From Thermoanaerobaculia bacterium (GTDB lineage Bacteria > Acidobacteriota > Thermoanaerobaculia > UBA5066): a stretch of DNA of 64,000 nucleotides. Below are positions 9,024-18,699 of this stretch, piece after piece. The stretch is taken from the NCBI GenBank assembly GCA_963816185.1, contig CAWFJJ010000024.1, positions 128,001 through 192,000 of the forward strand, read 5' to 3'. Made by a program: the position numbers and the translations under genes. Positions within the stretch are counted from its first letter, which is position 1. Each line of letters opens with the position of its first letter. Under the pieces are notes generated by a model. It saw only the letters and a list, made by a program, of their open reading frames with translations, did not search any database and was not told the DNA's origin.

Positions 9024-11096
9024 ATGCGCGACAAGGACGGCACCGGCGGCAGGGCGGCGGCGGTCCCCGTTCACCTTCTAAGAAAAGCGCCATCGCGCGC
9101 TGCGAGAGGTCTGCTCGTGCGTGCCAGCGGAGCCCGAGGGGTCTTTCTCTTTCTAAGCAGAATCTCTCTCCTCTTCTTCGTCTTCTTCGGACCCATCCCG
9201 GCGCGCGCCGCAGAGAATGTCGTTCTTCCGAACGAGAACCTCGTCGCCGACGGGCTGCCTCCGATCCCGAAGGCGCTGGCGGAGCGCGTTGCGGCGTACA
9301 CGGAGTCGCGGGGTGCGACCTTCGAGGCGTGGCATCCCGTGCGCCGCGAGATGATCATCGGCACGCGCTTCGCCGACGTGCCGCAGATCCACCGGGTGAA
9401 GTTCCCGGGCGGGGCGCGCACGCAGCTCACGTTCTACCAGGAACGCACGGGCGGGGCGAGATTCCGCCCGCTCACCGGCGACGGCTTCGTCTTCAACAAG
9501 GACGTCGGCGGCGGCGAGTGGTACCAGCTCTTCTGGCACGACGAGAAATCCGGCAAGGTCACGATGTTCACGGACGGTAAGTCCCGTAACACGGGCGGAG
9601 ACTTCTCGCATTCCGGCAAGTGGCTCGCGTACCAATCCACGCGGCGGAACGGGAAGGACGACGACGTCTACGTCGTCGACCCCGCCGACCCGAAGACCGA
9701 GAGGAAGGTCCTCGAGGTCTCGGGCGGCGGCTGGGGCGTTTCCGACTGGTCGCCCGACGACAAGACGCTTCTCGTCGGGGAATACATCTCCGCGAACGAG
9801 AGCCGGTACTGGCTCGTGGACGCAACGACGGGCGCGAAGAGCCTCGCGACGCCCGAGTCGAAGGAGAAGGTCGCGTGGGGCCGCGCCGTCTTCGCGAAGG
9901 ACGGGAGGTCTCTCTATACGACGACGGACTCCGGTGCGGAGTTCCACCGCCTCGTCTCTCTCGATCTCGCATCGAAGAAGATCTCCGTGCTGACGCCCGG
10001 CATCGAATGGGACGTGTCCTCGCTCAGCCTCTCCGACGACGGCGGTAAGCTGGCATTCGTCGTGAACGAGGGCGGCGTCGAGACCTTGCACGTCCTCGAC
10101 ACGGCCACGAGAAAGGAGATCGCGCTCCCGAAGATCCCGCTCGGGACGATCGGCGCACTGCGCTTCCACGCGAACGGAAAGGACCTCGCCTTCACGCTGG
10201 CCTCGGCGCGCTCCACTTCCGACGTGTACTCGATCGACGTGACGGCCGGTCCGTCCGGGAAGGTCGAGCGCTGGACGGAGAGCGAGCTGGGCGGCCTCGA
10301 TCCCGCGACCCTCTCCGAGCCCGAGAAGATTTCGTGGAAGAGCTTCGACGGGCGCACGATCACGGGATTCCTCTATCGCCCGCCCGCTTCCTTCCAGGGC
10401 CCGCGCCCCGTGATCGTCAACATCCACGGCGGCCCCGAGGGGCAGTACCAGCCGGGCTTCCTCGGCCGGTACAACTTCTACCTGAACGAGCTCGGGATCG
10501 CGCTGATCTTCCCGAACGTGCGCGGTTCGTCGGGCTTCGGCAAGACCTTCCTCACGCTCGACAACGCGGAAAAGCGCGAGGATTCCGTCAAGGACATCGG
10601 CGCGCTCCTCGACTGGATCGCCGCGCAGCCGTCTCTCGACAAGGGCCGGGTCATGGTGATGGGCGGCTCGTACGGCGGGTACATGACGCTCGCGTCGATG
10701 ACCCATTTCAACGACCGCTTCCGGTGCGCCGTCGACGTCGTCGGAATCTCGAACTGGGTCACGTTCCTCGAGCACACGGAAGGCTACAGGCGCGACTTGC
10801 GACGCGCCGAGTACGGCGACGAGCGGGACCCGAAGATGCGCGAGCGACTGCTCGCGATGTCGCCCCTCACGAACGCCGGCAAGATCACGAAGCCGATGTT
10901 CATCGTCCAGGGCCGGAACGACCCCCGCGTGCCGTACACCGAGGCCGAGCAGATGGTCGCGGCGATCAAGAAGAACGGCGGGCCCGTGTGGTACCTCCTC
11001 GCGAAGGACGAGGGCCACGGCTTCAGCAAGAAGAAGAACCAGGACTTCCAGTTCCTCGCGACGCTGAAGTTCGTCGAGGACCACTTGCTCAAGTAG
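9024..11096 (+). CDS. S9 family prolyl oligopeptidase / acylaminoacyl peptidase (start uncertain)
   Basis: Beta-propeller plus IHGGPE, GGSYGG nucleophile, QGRNDPRVP, DEGHG. Confidence 0.9.
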   Translation: MRDKDGTGGRAAAVPVHLLRKAPSRAARGLLVRASGARGVFLFLSRISLLFFVFFGPIPARAAENVVLPNENLVADGLPPIPKALAERVAAYTESRGATFEAWHPVRREMIIGTRFADVPQIHRVKFPGGARTQLTFYQERTGGARFRPLTGDGFVFNKDVGGGEWYQLFWHDEKSGKVTMFTDGKSRNTGGDFSHSGKWLAYQSTRRNGKDDDVYVVDPADPKTERKVLEVSGGGWGVSDWSPDDKTLLVGEYISANESRYWLVDATTGAKSLATPESKEKVAWGRAVFAKDGRSLYTTTDSGAEFHRLVSLDLASKKISVLTPGIEWDVSSLSLSDDGGKLAFVVNEGGVETLHVLDTATRKEIALPKIPLGTIGALRFHANGKDLAFTLASARSTSDVYSIDVTAGPSGKVERWTESELGGLDPATLSEPEKISWKSFDGRTITGFLYRPPASFQGPRPVIVNIHGGPEGQYQPGFLGRYNFYLNELGIALIFPNVRGSSGFGKTFLTLDNAEKREDSVKDIGALLDWIAAQPSLDKGRVMVMGGSYGGYMTLASMTHFNDRFRCAVDVVGISNWVTFLEHTEGYRRDLRRAEYGDERDPKMRERLLAMSPLTNAGKITKPMFIVQGRNDPRVPYTEAEQMVAAIKKNGGPVWYLLAKDEGHGFSKKKNQDFQFLATLKFVEDHLLK

Positions 11097-11159
11097 ACGC
11101 AGTCACGGACTTTCCGTCGCGTTTCGGAACATCCAGGGACCCGATGAGGGCGATCGCGA

Positions 11160-12041
11160 TCATTTTTCGCCAGCCTGCCTCGTGATGCGCTCCGGATGAG
11201 TGTAGACATTGAAGCGCTCGCCGCGCAGGAAGCCGACGAGAGTCAGTCCCGTCTCTTCGGCGAGATCGACGGCGAGGCTCGTAGGCGCCGACACGGCGGC
11301 GACGATCGTGACGCCGGCGAGCGCTGCCTTCTGGGCGATCTCGAAGCCGAGCCGGCCCGAGGCGAGAAGGATCGGGGGACATGGTCGCCGGCTCCTCAGG
11401 ATCGCGCCGATGGCTTTGTCGGTCGCGTTGTGACGTCCGACGTCCTCTCGAGCGAGGAGGAAGGTCCCGTCTGCTTCGAAAAGGCCCGCCGCGTGGAGCC
11501 CGCCCGTGGAGGAGAACAACGACTGTCGGGCGCGGAGGGCGCCCGGAAGGGACGTGAGAAGGGACGCCGAGATCTCGAGGTCTCTCGACGCGGCGGTCCG
11601 CGTTGTCTTTCTTTCCCGGCGCGCAGCCGCCACGAGAGCGACGACGTCATCGACCGACGTGCGGCCGCAGACCCCGCAGGCCGAGCCCATCACCGTGGCC
11701 CGGCGGGCGCGTCGGCGGTCCGCGCGCGGGGCGAGCGTGACGACTCGAACGTTCTTCGCGAGCTCGGGCGCGACACGGGCGTCGGACGGCGGCTCGATGG
11801 CCACGATCTCGGCGATCTCCTCGATGACGCCCTCGCCGAAGAGAAGGCCGACGACGAGGTCGTCGTCGTCGCACGGCGTCCGCATCGTGACGACGAACCG
11901 CTCGGGCTCGGCGCCGCCTTCGCGCAACCGGATCTCGAGGGGCTCTTCGGCGACGAGGAGGTCCTTCTCCCAGCGTGTGCCTTTTTCGTCGCTTCGGAGG
12001 ACTAGCGTCGACACGGACGCGTCGCGGTGTGTGTCCGCCAT
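11160..12041 (-). CDS. fdhD: Formate dehydrogenase accessory sulfurtransferase FdhD
   Basis: EEPLEIR, TMRTP, SACGVCG, TGGLHAA, REDVGRHNA, SAPTSLA. Confidence 0.92.
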   Translation of the reverse strand: MADTHRDASVSTLVLRSDEKGTRWEKDLLVAEEPLEIRLREGGAEPERFVVTMRTPCDDDDLVVGLLFGEGVIEEIAEIVAIEPPSDARVAPELAKNVRVVTLAPRADRRRARRATVMGSACGVCGRTSVDDVVALVAAARRERKTTRTAASRDLEISASLLTSLPGALRARQSLFSSTGGLHAAGLFEADGTFLLAREDVGRHNATDKAIGAILRSRRPCPPILLASGRLGFEIAQKAALAGVTIVAAVSAPTSLAVDLAEETGLTLVGFLRGERFNVYTHPERITRQAGEK

Positions 12042-12105
12042 CCGGCTAGCCTACTTCACCCCGCGACGCCCGGACCCGGGCTCGCGTCGTTGCCTCCTTG
12101 GTTGG

Positions 12106-12648
12106 TCAGATCCCCCCGCCGTCCACCAGCGCCTCCTCGTACACCCTCTCCCAGAAGGGCTTCACCTCCGTGTCGAAAAGAGAGTACGTGCCCATCTGAA
12201 CGAGAGGCGGGGAATAGACGTGGAGCGTGACGAGGTCACCGCTGTCTTCCGCGAGGTTCGAAACCTGGTGGATGTCGTCGTCCTGCGTCGCGCAGATCGC
12301 GCCCGTCTTCAGCTCGTGCGATCGGACCGCATAGATCATCCGGTTGCGGGCGCGCTCGAAGACGGTCTCGAGCGCAGTGCCGTGGAGGACGCGAACGCCG
12401 CAGCTCGAGCCGCGGTGGTCGTGGATGGGGCTCCTCTGGCCGTTCCGCCAGCAGAGGACGAGCGCCTGGTAGGCCGGCCCGGATTGCAGGACGTTCCGGC
12501 GGTAGCCGCCGCCGTCGAACTTCACGTACGGCCGCACGTCCTCGAGTGTGATCCAGAGTTCCGCCAGGGCGCGCTTCAGCTCGGAAAGGGGGATGCGCTC
12601 ACGCCAAGCGTCGAGCTCCTCGAGAACCCTGCTGAGAGGGGACATCAT
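12106..12648 (-). CDS. Cysteine dioxygenase family protein
   Basis: YRRN, LCWRNGQRSPIHDH, IHQV, TLHVYSPP. Confidence 0.85.
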   Translation of the reverse strand: MMSPLSRVLEELDAWRERIPLSELKRALAELWITLEDVRPYVKFDGGGYRRNVLQSGPAYQALVLCWRNGQRSPIHDHRGSSCGVRVLHGTALETVFERARNRMIYAVRSHELKTGAICATQDDDIHQVSNLAEDSGDLVTLHVYSPPLVQMGTYSLFDTEVKPFWERVYEEALVDGGGI

Positions 12649-12700
12649 GAGCCGCTTTGGGAATCCTAGCATCGGCCGGGTGCTTCGCTAGACTCCGGAC

Positions 12701-15130
12701 GTGGATTTCCGGAACGCCTCACGCGCCCTGAAAGAGAAGGTGTTGCAGATCACGCGCAACGTCCGGGGACGCGTGTCTCCGGCCCTTCGCGGCCTCACCG
12801 ATCGCCTCCGCCGCGTTCCACATCCCGTGCTCTTCTTCGTCGGAGCCACGGGCGCTCTTTTTTTCGTCGCCGGGATCGTCGTCATCCTCTACTTTTCACA
12901 CGTCGTGTCGCGCACGATGGACGGGCGGCGGTGGTCGCTTCCCACTCGCCTTTATTCGGACGCGTGGGCGGTGCGGCCCGGCGACACGCTTTCGGCCGAC
13001 GACGTGGTCCGGCGCCTCACGCGCCTGCGCTACGTCGAGGTCCCAAAACCGCCGGTTGCCGCGGGGCAATACGCGCGGGTTCACGGACGACTCGCGGTCA
13101 CCCTGAACGCGCGGGAGACCGCCTGGGGCCGAACGCCGGGTATCCCGGCCGAGATGGAATTCTCGGGGCGGCGCGTTGCGGCGCTGAAGCGGGCCGACGA
13201 CGGGACGCCGCTTCCCTACGTCGTGTTCGAGCCGGAGGTCGTGGGCTCCGTCTACGACGAGAAGATGCAGGACCGCACGCTCGTCACGCTCGACCAGGTC
13301 CCTCAGGTGGTGCTCGACGCGATTCTCACGACCGAGGACCGCGACTTCTTCACGCACGGCGGCATCGCGTTCAAGCGACTCGTGGGCGCGGTCCTTCAGG
13401 GCGCGGCGCGCGGGGGCAACGTACGCGGAACCTCCACGCTCACGCAGCAGCTCGTGAAGAACATGTTCCTGACGCCCGAGCGCAAGCTGAAGCGCAAGGC
13501 CGTCGAGGCGCTGATGGCGGTCATCCTCGAGGCGAAATACAGCAAGAAGCAGATCCTCGAAGCGTACTTGAACGAGATCTACCTCGGTCAGCGCGGCTCG
13601 ATCTCGGTCACGGGCGTCGAGGAGGCCTCTCGCTTCTACTTCGGAAAGAGCGTGTCGCGCCTGGACCTCCCGGAGGCCGCGATGCTCGCGGGCCTCATCT
13701 CGTCGCCCGGCAAGTACTCGCCTTACCGAAACCCCGACAACGCCCGCCAACGCCGCGCCCTCGTCCTCAAGGGGATGCTCGAGCAGAAGAAGATCGACAA
13801 GGCGGCCTACGAGGCCGCGCTCCTCGCGCCGCTCACGCGGTCGAAGGGGCCTCCGGCGGGGATCATCGCGCCGCACTTCGTCGACTTCGTCCTCTCCCAG
13901 GCGAAGGAGACGCCCGGGTTCGTGAAGGAGGACGGTCTGTCCGTCTACACGACTCTCGATCCCGACATGCAGCAGGCCGCACAGGCGGCCGTCCTCAAGG
14001 GGCTCGAAGACCTCGAAAAGCGCTACAAGCGCCTTCGGCCGCACGGCGAGGAAGACATGCTCCAGGCCGCCGTCATCGCGCTCGATCCGGCGACGGGCTC
14101 CGTGCGCGCTTTGGTCGGGGGGCGGGACTACCAGGTCAGCCAGTTCAACCGCGTCGTGCAGGCTCGCCGCCAGCCGGGCTCGCTCTTCAAGCCGTTCGTG
14201 TACCTGACGGCGTTCGGGAAGCGCGATCTCCCGAAGCCGATCACGCCCGCCTCGATTTTCGTCGACTCGCCCATCGCGCTCGTGTGGGGCAAGGGTGAGG
14301 ACGAGACATGGTCCCCGAGGAATTATGACGGCGATTTCCGCGGACCGATGACGGCGCGCCAGGCGCTCGAGCAGTCCATCAACATCCCGACGGTGCGCAT
14401 TGCGGTCACGGAGACTTCGCCGGGGCGCACGCTCCTCCCGGACATCGTCGACACCGCTCGGCGCGCCGGGATCACGTCGCCCATGAAGCCTTACCCCTCG
14501 CTCGCCCTGGGCGCGTTCGAGACGAGTCCGATGGAGATCGCGGCCGCCTATTGCATGTTCGCGAACGGCGGTTTCCGCGTTCGGCCGAACGCGCTCCTCG
14601 GCATCGTGAGCTCGAATTCACGGCGTATCGAGAGGAAAGACGAGCCCGTCGTGCGCGGGGCCGATGCCGACGCGGTCTCGATCCTCGACTCGGTGCTGCA
14701 GGGGGTCGTGGACCGAGGCACCGGCGCGTCCGCCCGCCGCCTCGGGGCGCAGGGCATCCTCGCCGGCAAGACCGGCACGACGAACGACGGACGCGACGCC
14801 TGGTTCATCGGCTTCTCGCCGCGCCTTCTCGTGGCCGTCTGGGTCGGTTTCGACGACAACCGCGGCCTGAACCTGTCCGGCTCCTCGGCGGCCCTGCCGA
14901 TCTTCGCCGACTTCGTCCGGCGCCTTCCTTCGCAGTACTTCGAGGTGCCGTTTCCGACGACGCCGGGCATCGTCACGGCTTCCATCGATCCGACGACCGG
15001 CATGCTCGTGACCGAAGAGTGCCCGAAATCGCTCAACGAGGTCTTTCTCGCGGGCACCGCGCCGACGGAGCGTTGCACCGTTCACGGCGGCGTCGGGCCC
15101 GGCCCCGGCATCGCCGACGGAGCTCCATGA
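12701..15130 (+). CDS. Class A penicillin-binding protein (PBP1B-like)
   Basis: TM anchor, UB2H-like region, EDRDF, STLTQQLVKN, RQPGSLFKP, SIN, KTG motifs. Confidence 0.92.
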   Translation: MDFRNASRALKEKVLQITRNVRGRVSPALRGLTDRLRRVPHPVLFFVGATGALFFVAGIVVILYFSHVVSRTMDGRRWSLPTRLYSDAWAVRPGDTLSADDVVRRLTRLRYVEVPKPPVAAGQYARVHGRLAVTLNARETAWGRTPGIPAEMEFSGRRVAALKRADDGTPLPYVVFEPEVVGSVYDEKMQDRTLVTLDQVPQVVLDAILTTEDRDFFTHGGIAFKRLVGAVLQGAARGGNVRGTSTLTQQLVKNMFLTPERKLKRKAVEALMAVILEAKYSKKQILEAYLNEIYLGQRGSISVTGVEEASRFYFGKSVSRLDLPEAAMLAGLISSPGKYSPYRNPDNARQRRALVLKGMLEQKKIDKAAYEAALLAPLTRSKGPPAGIIAPHFVDFVLSQAKETPGFVKEDGLSVYTTLDPDMQQAAQAAVLKGLEDLEKRYKRLRPHGEEDMLQAAVIALDPATGSVRALVGGRDYQVSQFNRVVQARRQPGSLFKPFVYLTAFGKRDLPKPITPASIFVDSPIALVWGKGEDETWSPRNYDGDFRGPMTARQALEQSINIPTVRIAVTETSPGRTLLPDIVDTARRAGITSPMKPYPSLALGAFETSPMEIAAAYCMFANGGFRVRPNALLGIVSSNSRRIERKDEPVVRGADADAVSILDSVLQGVVDRGTGASARRLGAQGILAGKTGTTNDGRDAWFIGFSPRLLVAVWVGFDDNRGLNLSGSSAALPIFADFVRRLPSQYFEVPFPTTPGIVTASIDPTTGMLVTEECPKSLNEVFLAGTAPTERCTVHGGVGPGPGIADGAP

Positions 15131-16179
15131 TGCTCACGCTGCCGCCGATGGACCTCGGGCTCGTGGTGCGCAGCCACGGCTGGTACGACTTGCCTCCATT
15201 CGAATGGGACGCGAAAGAAAAGACCCTGGGATTGATTTTCTTAGAAGGAGAATGCCCCGTACGAGTCGAGGTGGCGGAGCAGCCGGGCGGACTGGTTGCT
15301 CAGGCTCGGGCCATCGCGCCTTCGGCGCGGGAGACCGATTTCTCATATGCGGCGGCTGCTGTGCAGCCGCCGATAGCAGCAAATCTGTCCTCGGATGGCG
15401 GGAGTCAAGGGCGCGCTGCGCGCGCCGCGAAGCGGTCGAAGACCCTTGACACCCGCCTTCCGAGGAAGATCTCTTTCTCTTTCAAAGCAAATCTCTCTTC
15501 GGACGTTCCATCCGAGGCCTCGGTTCGTCGTGCGCTGGAACGGGTCCTCGATCTGAAAGCGGATCTTTCTTCTTTCCACTCCCTCTGCGCCGGGGACCCG
15601 CGCTTCGCGTGGGTCGCCCGGCGCGGGGCGGGGCGGATCCTGCGCGCGCCGACTCTGTTCGAGGACGCCGTAAAGGTCCTCGCGACGACGAACTGCACCT
15701 GGGGTCTGACGAAGCTCATGGTGAACAATCTGATCGAACGCTTCGATCGGGGCGGGGCATTTCCGGATGCGCCCTTCGTCGCGGGCCTTTCCGCGCGCTC
15801 TCTCGCCGCTGCGAAATGGGGTTACCGTGCGCCTTATCTCACCGCGTTCGCGCGGCGCGTCGCCTCGGGAAAGCTGGATCTCGCGCGCTGGGAGGATCCG
15901 GACCTTCCCGACGAGGAGGTCGAGAAGGAGATCCGCGCGGAGAAAGGCTTCGGCCCTTATGCCGCCGACACGCTGGGGCGGCTTCTCGGGCGGCACCGCA
16001 AGCTGGGCCTCGACGCCTGGTCTCGCAAGAAGGTCGCGACCCTGAGGTTTCGGGGCCGCGCCGTGAAGGACGCGCGCGTCGCGCGCTTCTACGCGTCGTT
16101 CGGACCGCACGCGGGCCTCGCGTTCTGGCTCGACATGACGCACGACTGGCACGAGGAGAAGGAGACCGTGTGGCCCTGA
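15127..16179 (+). CDS. HhH-GPD DNA glycosylase (AlkA/Ogg-like) with an in-frame repeat insertion
   Basis: SHGW.DLPPF, GRILRAPTLFEDAVKVLATTNCTW, WGYRA, KGFGPYAA. Confidence 0.8.
   Translation: MMLTLPPMDLGLVVRSHGWYDLPPFEWDAKEKTLGLIFLEGECPVRVEVAEQPGGLVAQARAIAPSARETDFSYAAAAVQPPIAANLSSDGGSQGRAARAAKRSKTLDTRLPRKISFSFKANLSSDVPSEASVRRALERVLDLKADLSSFHSLCAGDPRFAWVARRGAGRILRAPTLFEDAVKVLATTNCTWGLTKLMVNNLIERFDRGGAFPDAPFVAGLSARSLAAAKWGYRAPYLTAFARRVASGKLDLARWEDPDLPDEEVEKEIRAEKGFGPYAADTLGRLLGRHRKLGLDAWSRKKVATLRFRGRAVKDARVARFYASFGPHAGLAFWLDMTHDWHEEKETVWP
15345..15466. repeat. Composite hairpin repeat element, copy 2 (in frame inside the glycosylase)
   Basis: 24-bp IR 15388-15411 / 15443-15466 (22 of 24 paired), 31-nt spacer, preceded by gcggcggctgctgtgcagccgccg. 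Confidence 0.85.
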
Positions 16180-16219
16180 GCGCCTCGTCTGCGAAGATTC
16201 GGTCAGAGAGCGACACGGC

Positions 16220-16963
16220 GTGAAGAGGGTGATCCTCGTCGGCGCGACCGACGGCCTCGGGAAGGCCCTCGCCGAGGTGTATGCCGCGCGCGGCTTCTGG
16301 GTGACCATCCTCGGGCGCTCGGAGAAGAAGCTCGACGCGCTCGTCGCGGATCTGAGGCGGCGCTTCCCGGTTGCGACGGTCAACGGGGTCGTCTGCGACG
16401 TCGCGGACGCGGCGCGGCTCGAGCCGGCGTTCCGCGAGGCCCTCGCCGTCACCGGGCACTGTGACCTCTTCCTCTACAACGCCGGCGTCCTGCACCACAG
16501 CGACGGCGTCACGAGCGTCCCTGCCCTCGACGCCGACACGATGGAGGTCAACGCGGTCGCGGCCGTGAGGCTGCTCGGCCTCGCGGCGAACTGGTTTCGG
16601 GTCGCCGGGCGCGGGCAGATCGCGGCCATCTCGTCCATCGCGGGCGACCGGGGGCGCAAGGGGAATCCCGCGTACAACGCTTCCAAGGCGGCTCTTTCGA
16701 CTTTTCTCGAAGGCCTTCGCAACCGGCTTGCGCCGTTCGGCGTGACCGTCTCCACCGTGAAGCCCGGCTACGTCGGGACGCGGATGACGGCGGGGAAGCC
16801 GGGAATGTTCTGGGTCGCGCCGGCCGACGAGGCCGCGCGGATCATCGCGGTCCGCCTCGAGAAGCGGCACGAGGTCTTCTACGTCTACAGGCGCTGGGCG
16901 CTGCTCGGCTTCGCGATGCGGCACGTGCCCCGCTTCGTGTTCAAGAGGTTCGGCCCGGCGTGA
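16220..16963 (+). CDS. SDR oxidoreductase (DprE2-like)
   Basis: GATDGLG, ISSIAGDRGR, YNASK, VKPGYVGT. Confidence 0.85.
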   Translation: MKRVILVGATDGLGKALAEVYAARGFWVTILGRSEKKLDALVADLRRRFPVATVNGVVCDVADAARLEPAFREALAVTGHCDLFLYNAGVLHHSDGVTSVPALDADTMEVNAVAAVRLLGLAANWFRVAGRGQIAAISSIAGDRGRKGNPAYNASKAALSTFLEGLRNRLAPFGVTVSTVKPGYVGTRMTAGKPGMFWVAPADEAARIIAVRLEKRHEVFYVYRRWALLGFAMRHVPRFVFKRFGPA

Positions 16964-18267
16964 GCGCGCTTCCTCCGCCCGAGCGCCTCGAGGGCTTCGG
17001 CCTCTACAACGTCTCCGTGTCGCCCGTCTTCCGGCCCGCGTCCCTCGACGCGCTTCGCGACGCGCTCGCCACCGGCGCGTCGAACGGGTCGAAGATAGTG
17101 TTCCGCGGTGCAGGGCGCTCGTATGGCGACGCTTCGACGAATCCCGCGGGTCCCGTCGTGGAGATGACGGGACTGAACGCGATCGCCGGCTTCGACGAGA
17201 CCTCGGGGGTCGTCCGGGCCGGGGCAGGACTCACGTTCGGGGACTTGTGGAAGTGGTCGATCCCCCACGGGTTCTGGCCGCCTGTCGTGACCGGAACGAT
17301 GCACGTCACGCTCGGCGGCGCCGTCGCGATGAACGTGCATGGGAAGAACGGTTGGAAGAAAGGGACGATCGGAGACCACGTCGAGAGCGTCTCGATCCTG
17401 CGCGACGGTGGCCGCGTCGAGGAGATCGCACGCGGCACGCGCGCCTTCGAGGACGTCGTCGGCAACTGGCGGCTTCCCGACCCGATCGTCGAGGTCTCGC
17501 TGAAGCTGAAAAGGGTCGCGACCGGCTACCTCGACGTGGAAGCCTTCGCGACCCCGAACCTGGCCGCGACGCTCGCGGGTCTCGACGGCGCAAAGGAAGA
17601 CTGGGATTACGTCGTCGGCTGGATGGACTGCTGGGCGAGGGGTACGAGCCTCGGCCGGAGCGTGCTCCACGTCGCGAACGAGCAACCTGCGAAAGAGGGA
17701 GAGCCGCGCGGGCTGAGCGTCGAGGAGCAGGTCGCGGACATCCGTATGGGGCCTCTGCCCGTCCCGGTTCTTCTCCTCGGGCTCAAACTAACGGCCGCGG
17801 GGCCCCAGATGCGGTTCGTGAACGCCGGTAAGTACGCCGCATCGCTTCTGCGCGGACGGGCGCACTACCGGCAGTCGCTCGTGGCGTACTCGTTTCTCCT
17901 CGACTACCTGCCCGGCTGGAACGAAGCGTATCGGCCCGGCGGGTTCATCCAGTATCAGCTCTTCGTGCCGAAAGACGCCGCCGAAGCGGCGTTCCGGACC
18001 GCGCTGCAGCTCCAGCACGAGATGGGCGTCGTCTCGTCCCTCGCCGTCGTGAAGCGCCACCGGGCGGATCGTTTTGCGCGCGGCTACGCGCTCGACGGCT
18101 TCTCCCTCGCGCTGGACTTCCCGGTCACGCGGAGAAACGCGAGCCGGCTCATCGCACTGGCCCGCGCGTTCGACGCCCTTCTTCTCGCGTGCGGCGGGCA
18201 CACCTACAAGGCGAAGGACTGCGTCGGGAGCGTCGAGCGCCTCGCTGCGGCGCGTGGAGAGGCATGA
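16960..18267 (+). CDS. FAD-binding oxidoreductase (DprE1-like)
   Basis: RGAGRSYGDA, VTLGGAVAMNVHGKN, GFIQYQ, LALDFP, YKAKD. Confidence 0.85.
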   Translation: MSALPPPERLEGFGLYNVSVSPVFRPASLDALRDALATGASNGSKIVFRGAGRSYGDASTNPAGPVVEMTGLNAIAGFDETSGVVRAGAGLTFGDLWKWSIPHGFWPPVVTGTMHVTLGGAVAMNVHGKNGWKKGTIGDHVESVSILRDGGRVEEIARGTRAFEDVVGNWRLPDPIVEVSLKLKRVATGYLDVEAFATPNLAATLAGLDGAKEDWDYVVGWMDCWARGTSLGRSVLHVANEQPAKEGEPRGLSVEEQVADIRMGPLPVPVLLLGLKLTAAGPQMRFVNAGKYAASLLRGRAHYRQSLVAYSFLLDYLPGWNEAYRPGGFIQYQLFVPKDAAEAAFRTALQLQHEMGVVSSLAVVKRHRADRFARGYALDGFSLALDFPVTRRNASRLIALARAFDALLLACGGHTYKAKDCVGSVERLAAARGEA

Positions 18268-18692
18268 GAAGGCCGGCGCGCGCTCTGCTTCTTGCGAGCG
18301 TTCTCGCGGTCGTTCTCGAGCTCGGAGGATGCCAGTCGAACGAGTCGCCGACGTCGCCGCGGTCCTGCATTCCGCTCACCGGCCAGTACGCGGGCGTCTT
18401 CACGGATACGTGCGGGCTTTCGAAGACCGAGGACGTCACGCTCTTTCAGACCGACTGTACCGTCGTCGCGGAGTTCCCGGGCGTCGGCAGCCTGCAGGGC
18501 ACCGTCTCGGGCGGGACGCTCGTCTTCGCGATCGGCTTCAGCGGATTCTCGCCCTGTGGCGGCTCGGCGAGCGGCTCGGCCGCGCTGACGCCTTCCGGCG
18601 ACCTCACGGGACACTACAGTGGAGAGACGACCGGCACCGGCACGACCTGCTGCGGAAACGTGACGGGCGCGTTCACCCTCACGCGGCGGTGA
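18264..18692 (+). CDS. Hypothetical Cys-containing lipoprotein
   Basis: Signal peptide with LGGC; Thr/Gly-rich beta-type sequence. Confidence 0.65.
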   Translation: MRRPARALLLASVLAVVLELGGCQSNESPTSPRSCIPLTGQYAGVFTDTCGLSKTEDVTLFQTDCTVVAEFPGVGSLQGTVSGGTLVFAIGFSGFSPCGGSASGSAALTPSGDLTGHYSGETTGTGTTCCGNVTGAFTLTRR

Positions 18693-18699
18693 TCAGATT

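Noticed and set aside
6005-9170. CRISPR array interpretation of the periodic motif copies
   Set aside because: Repeats are short, degenerate and of mixed orientation, with only about 3 per locus and no cas genes in the window.
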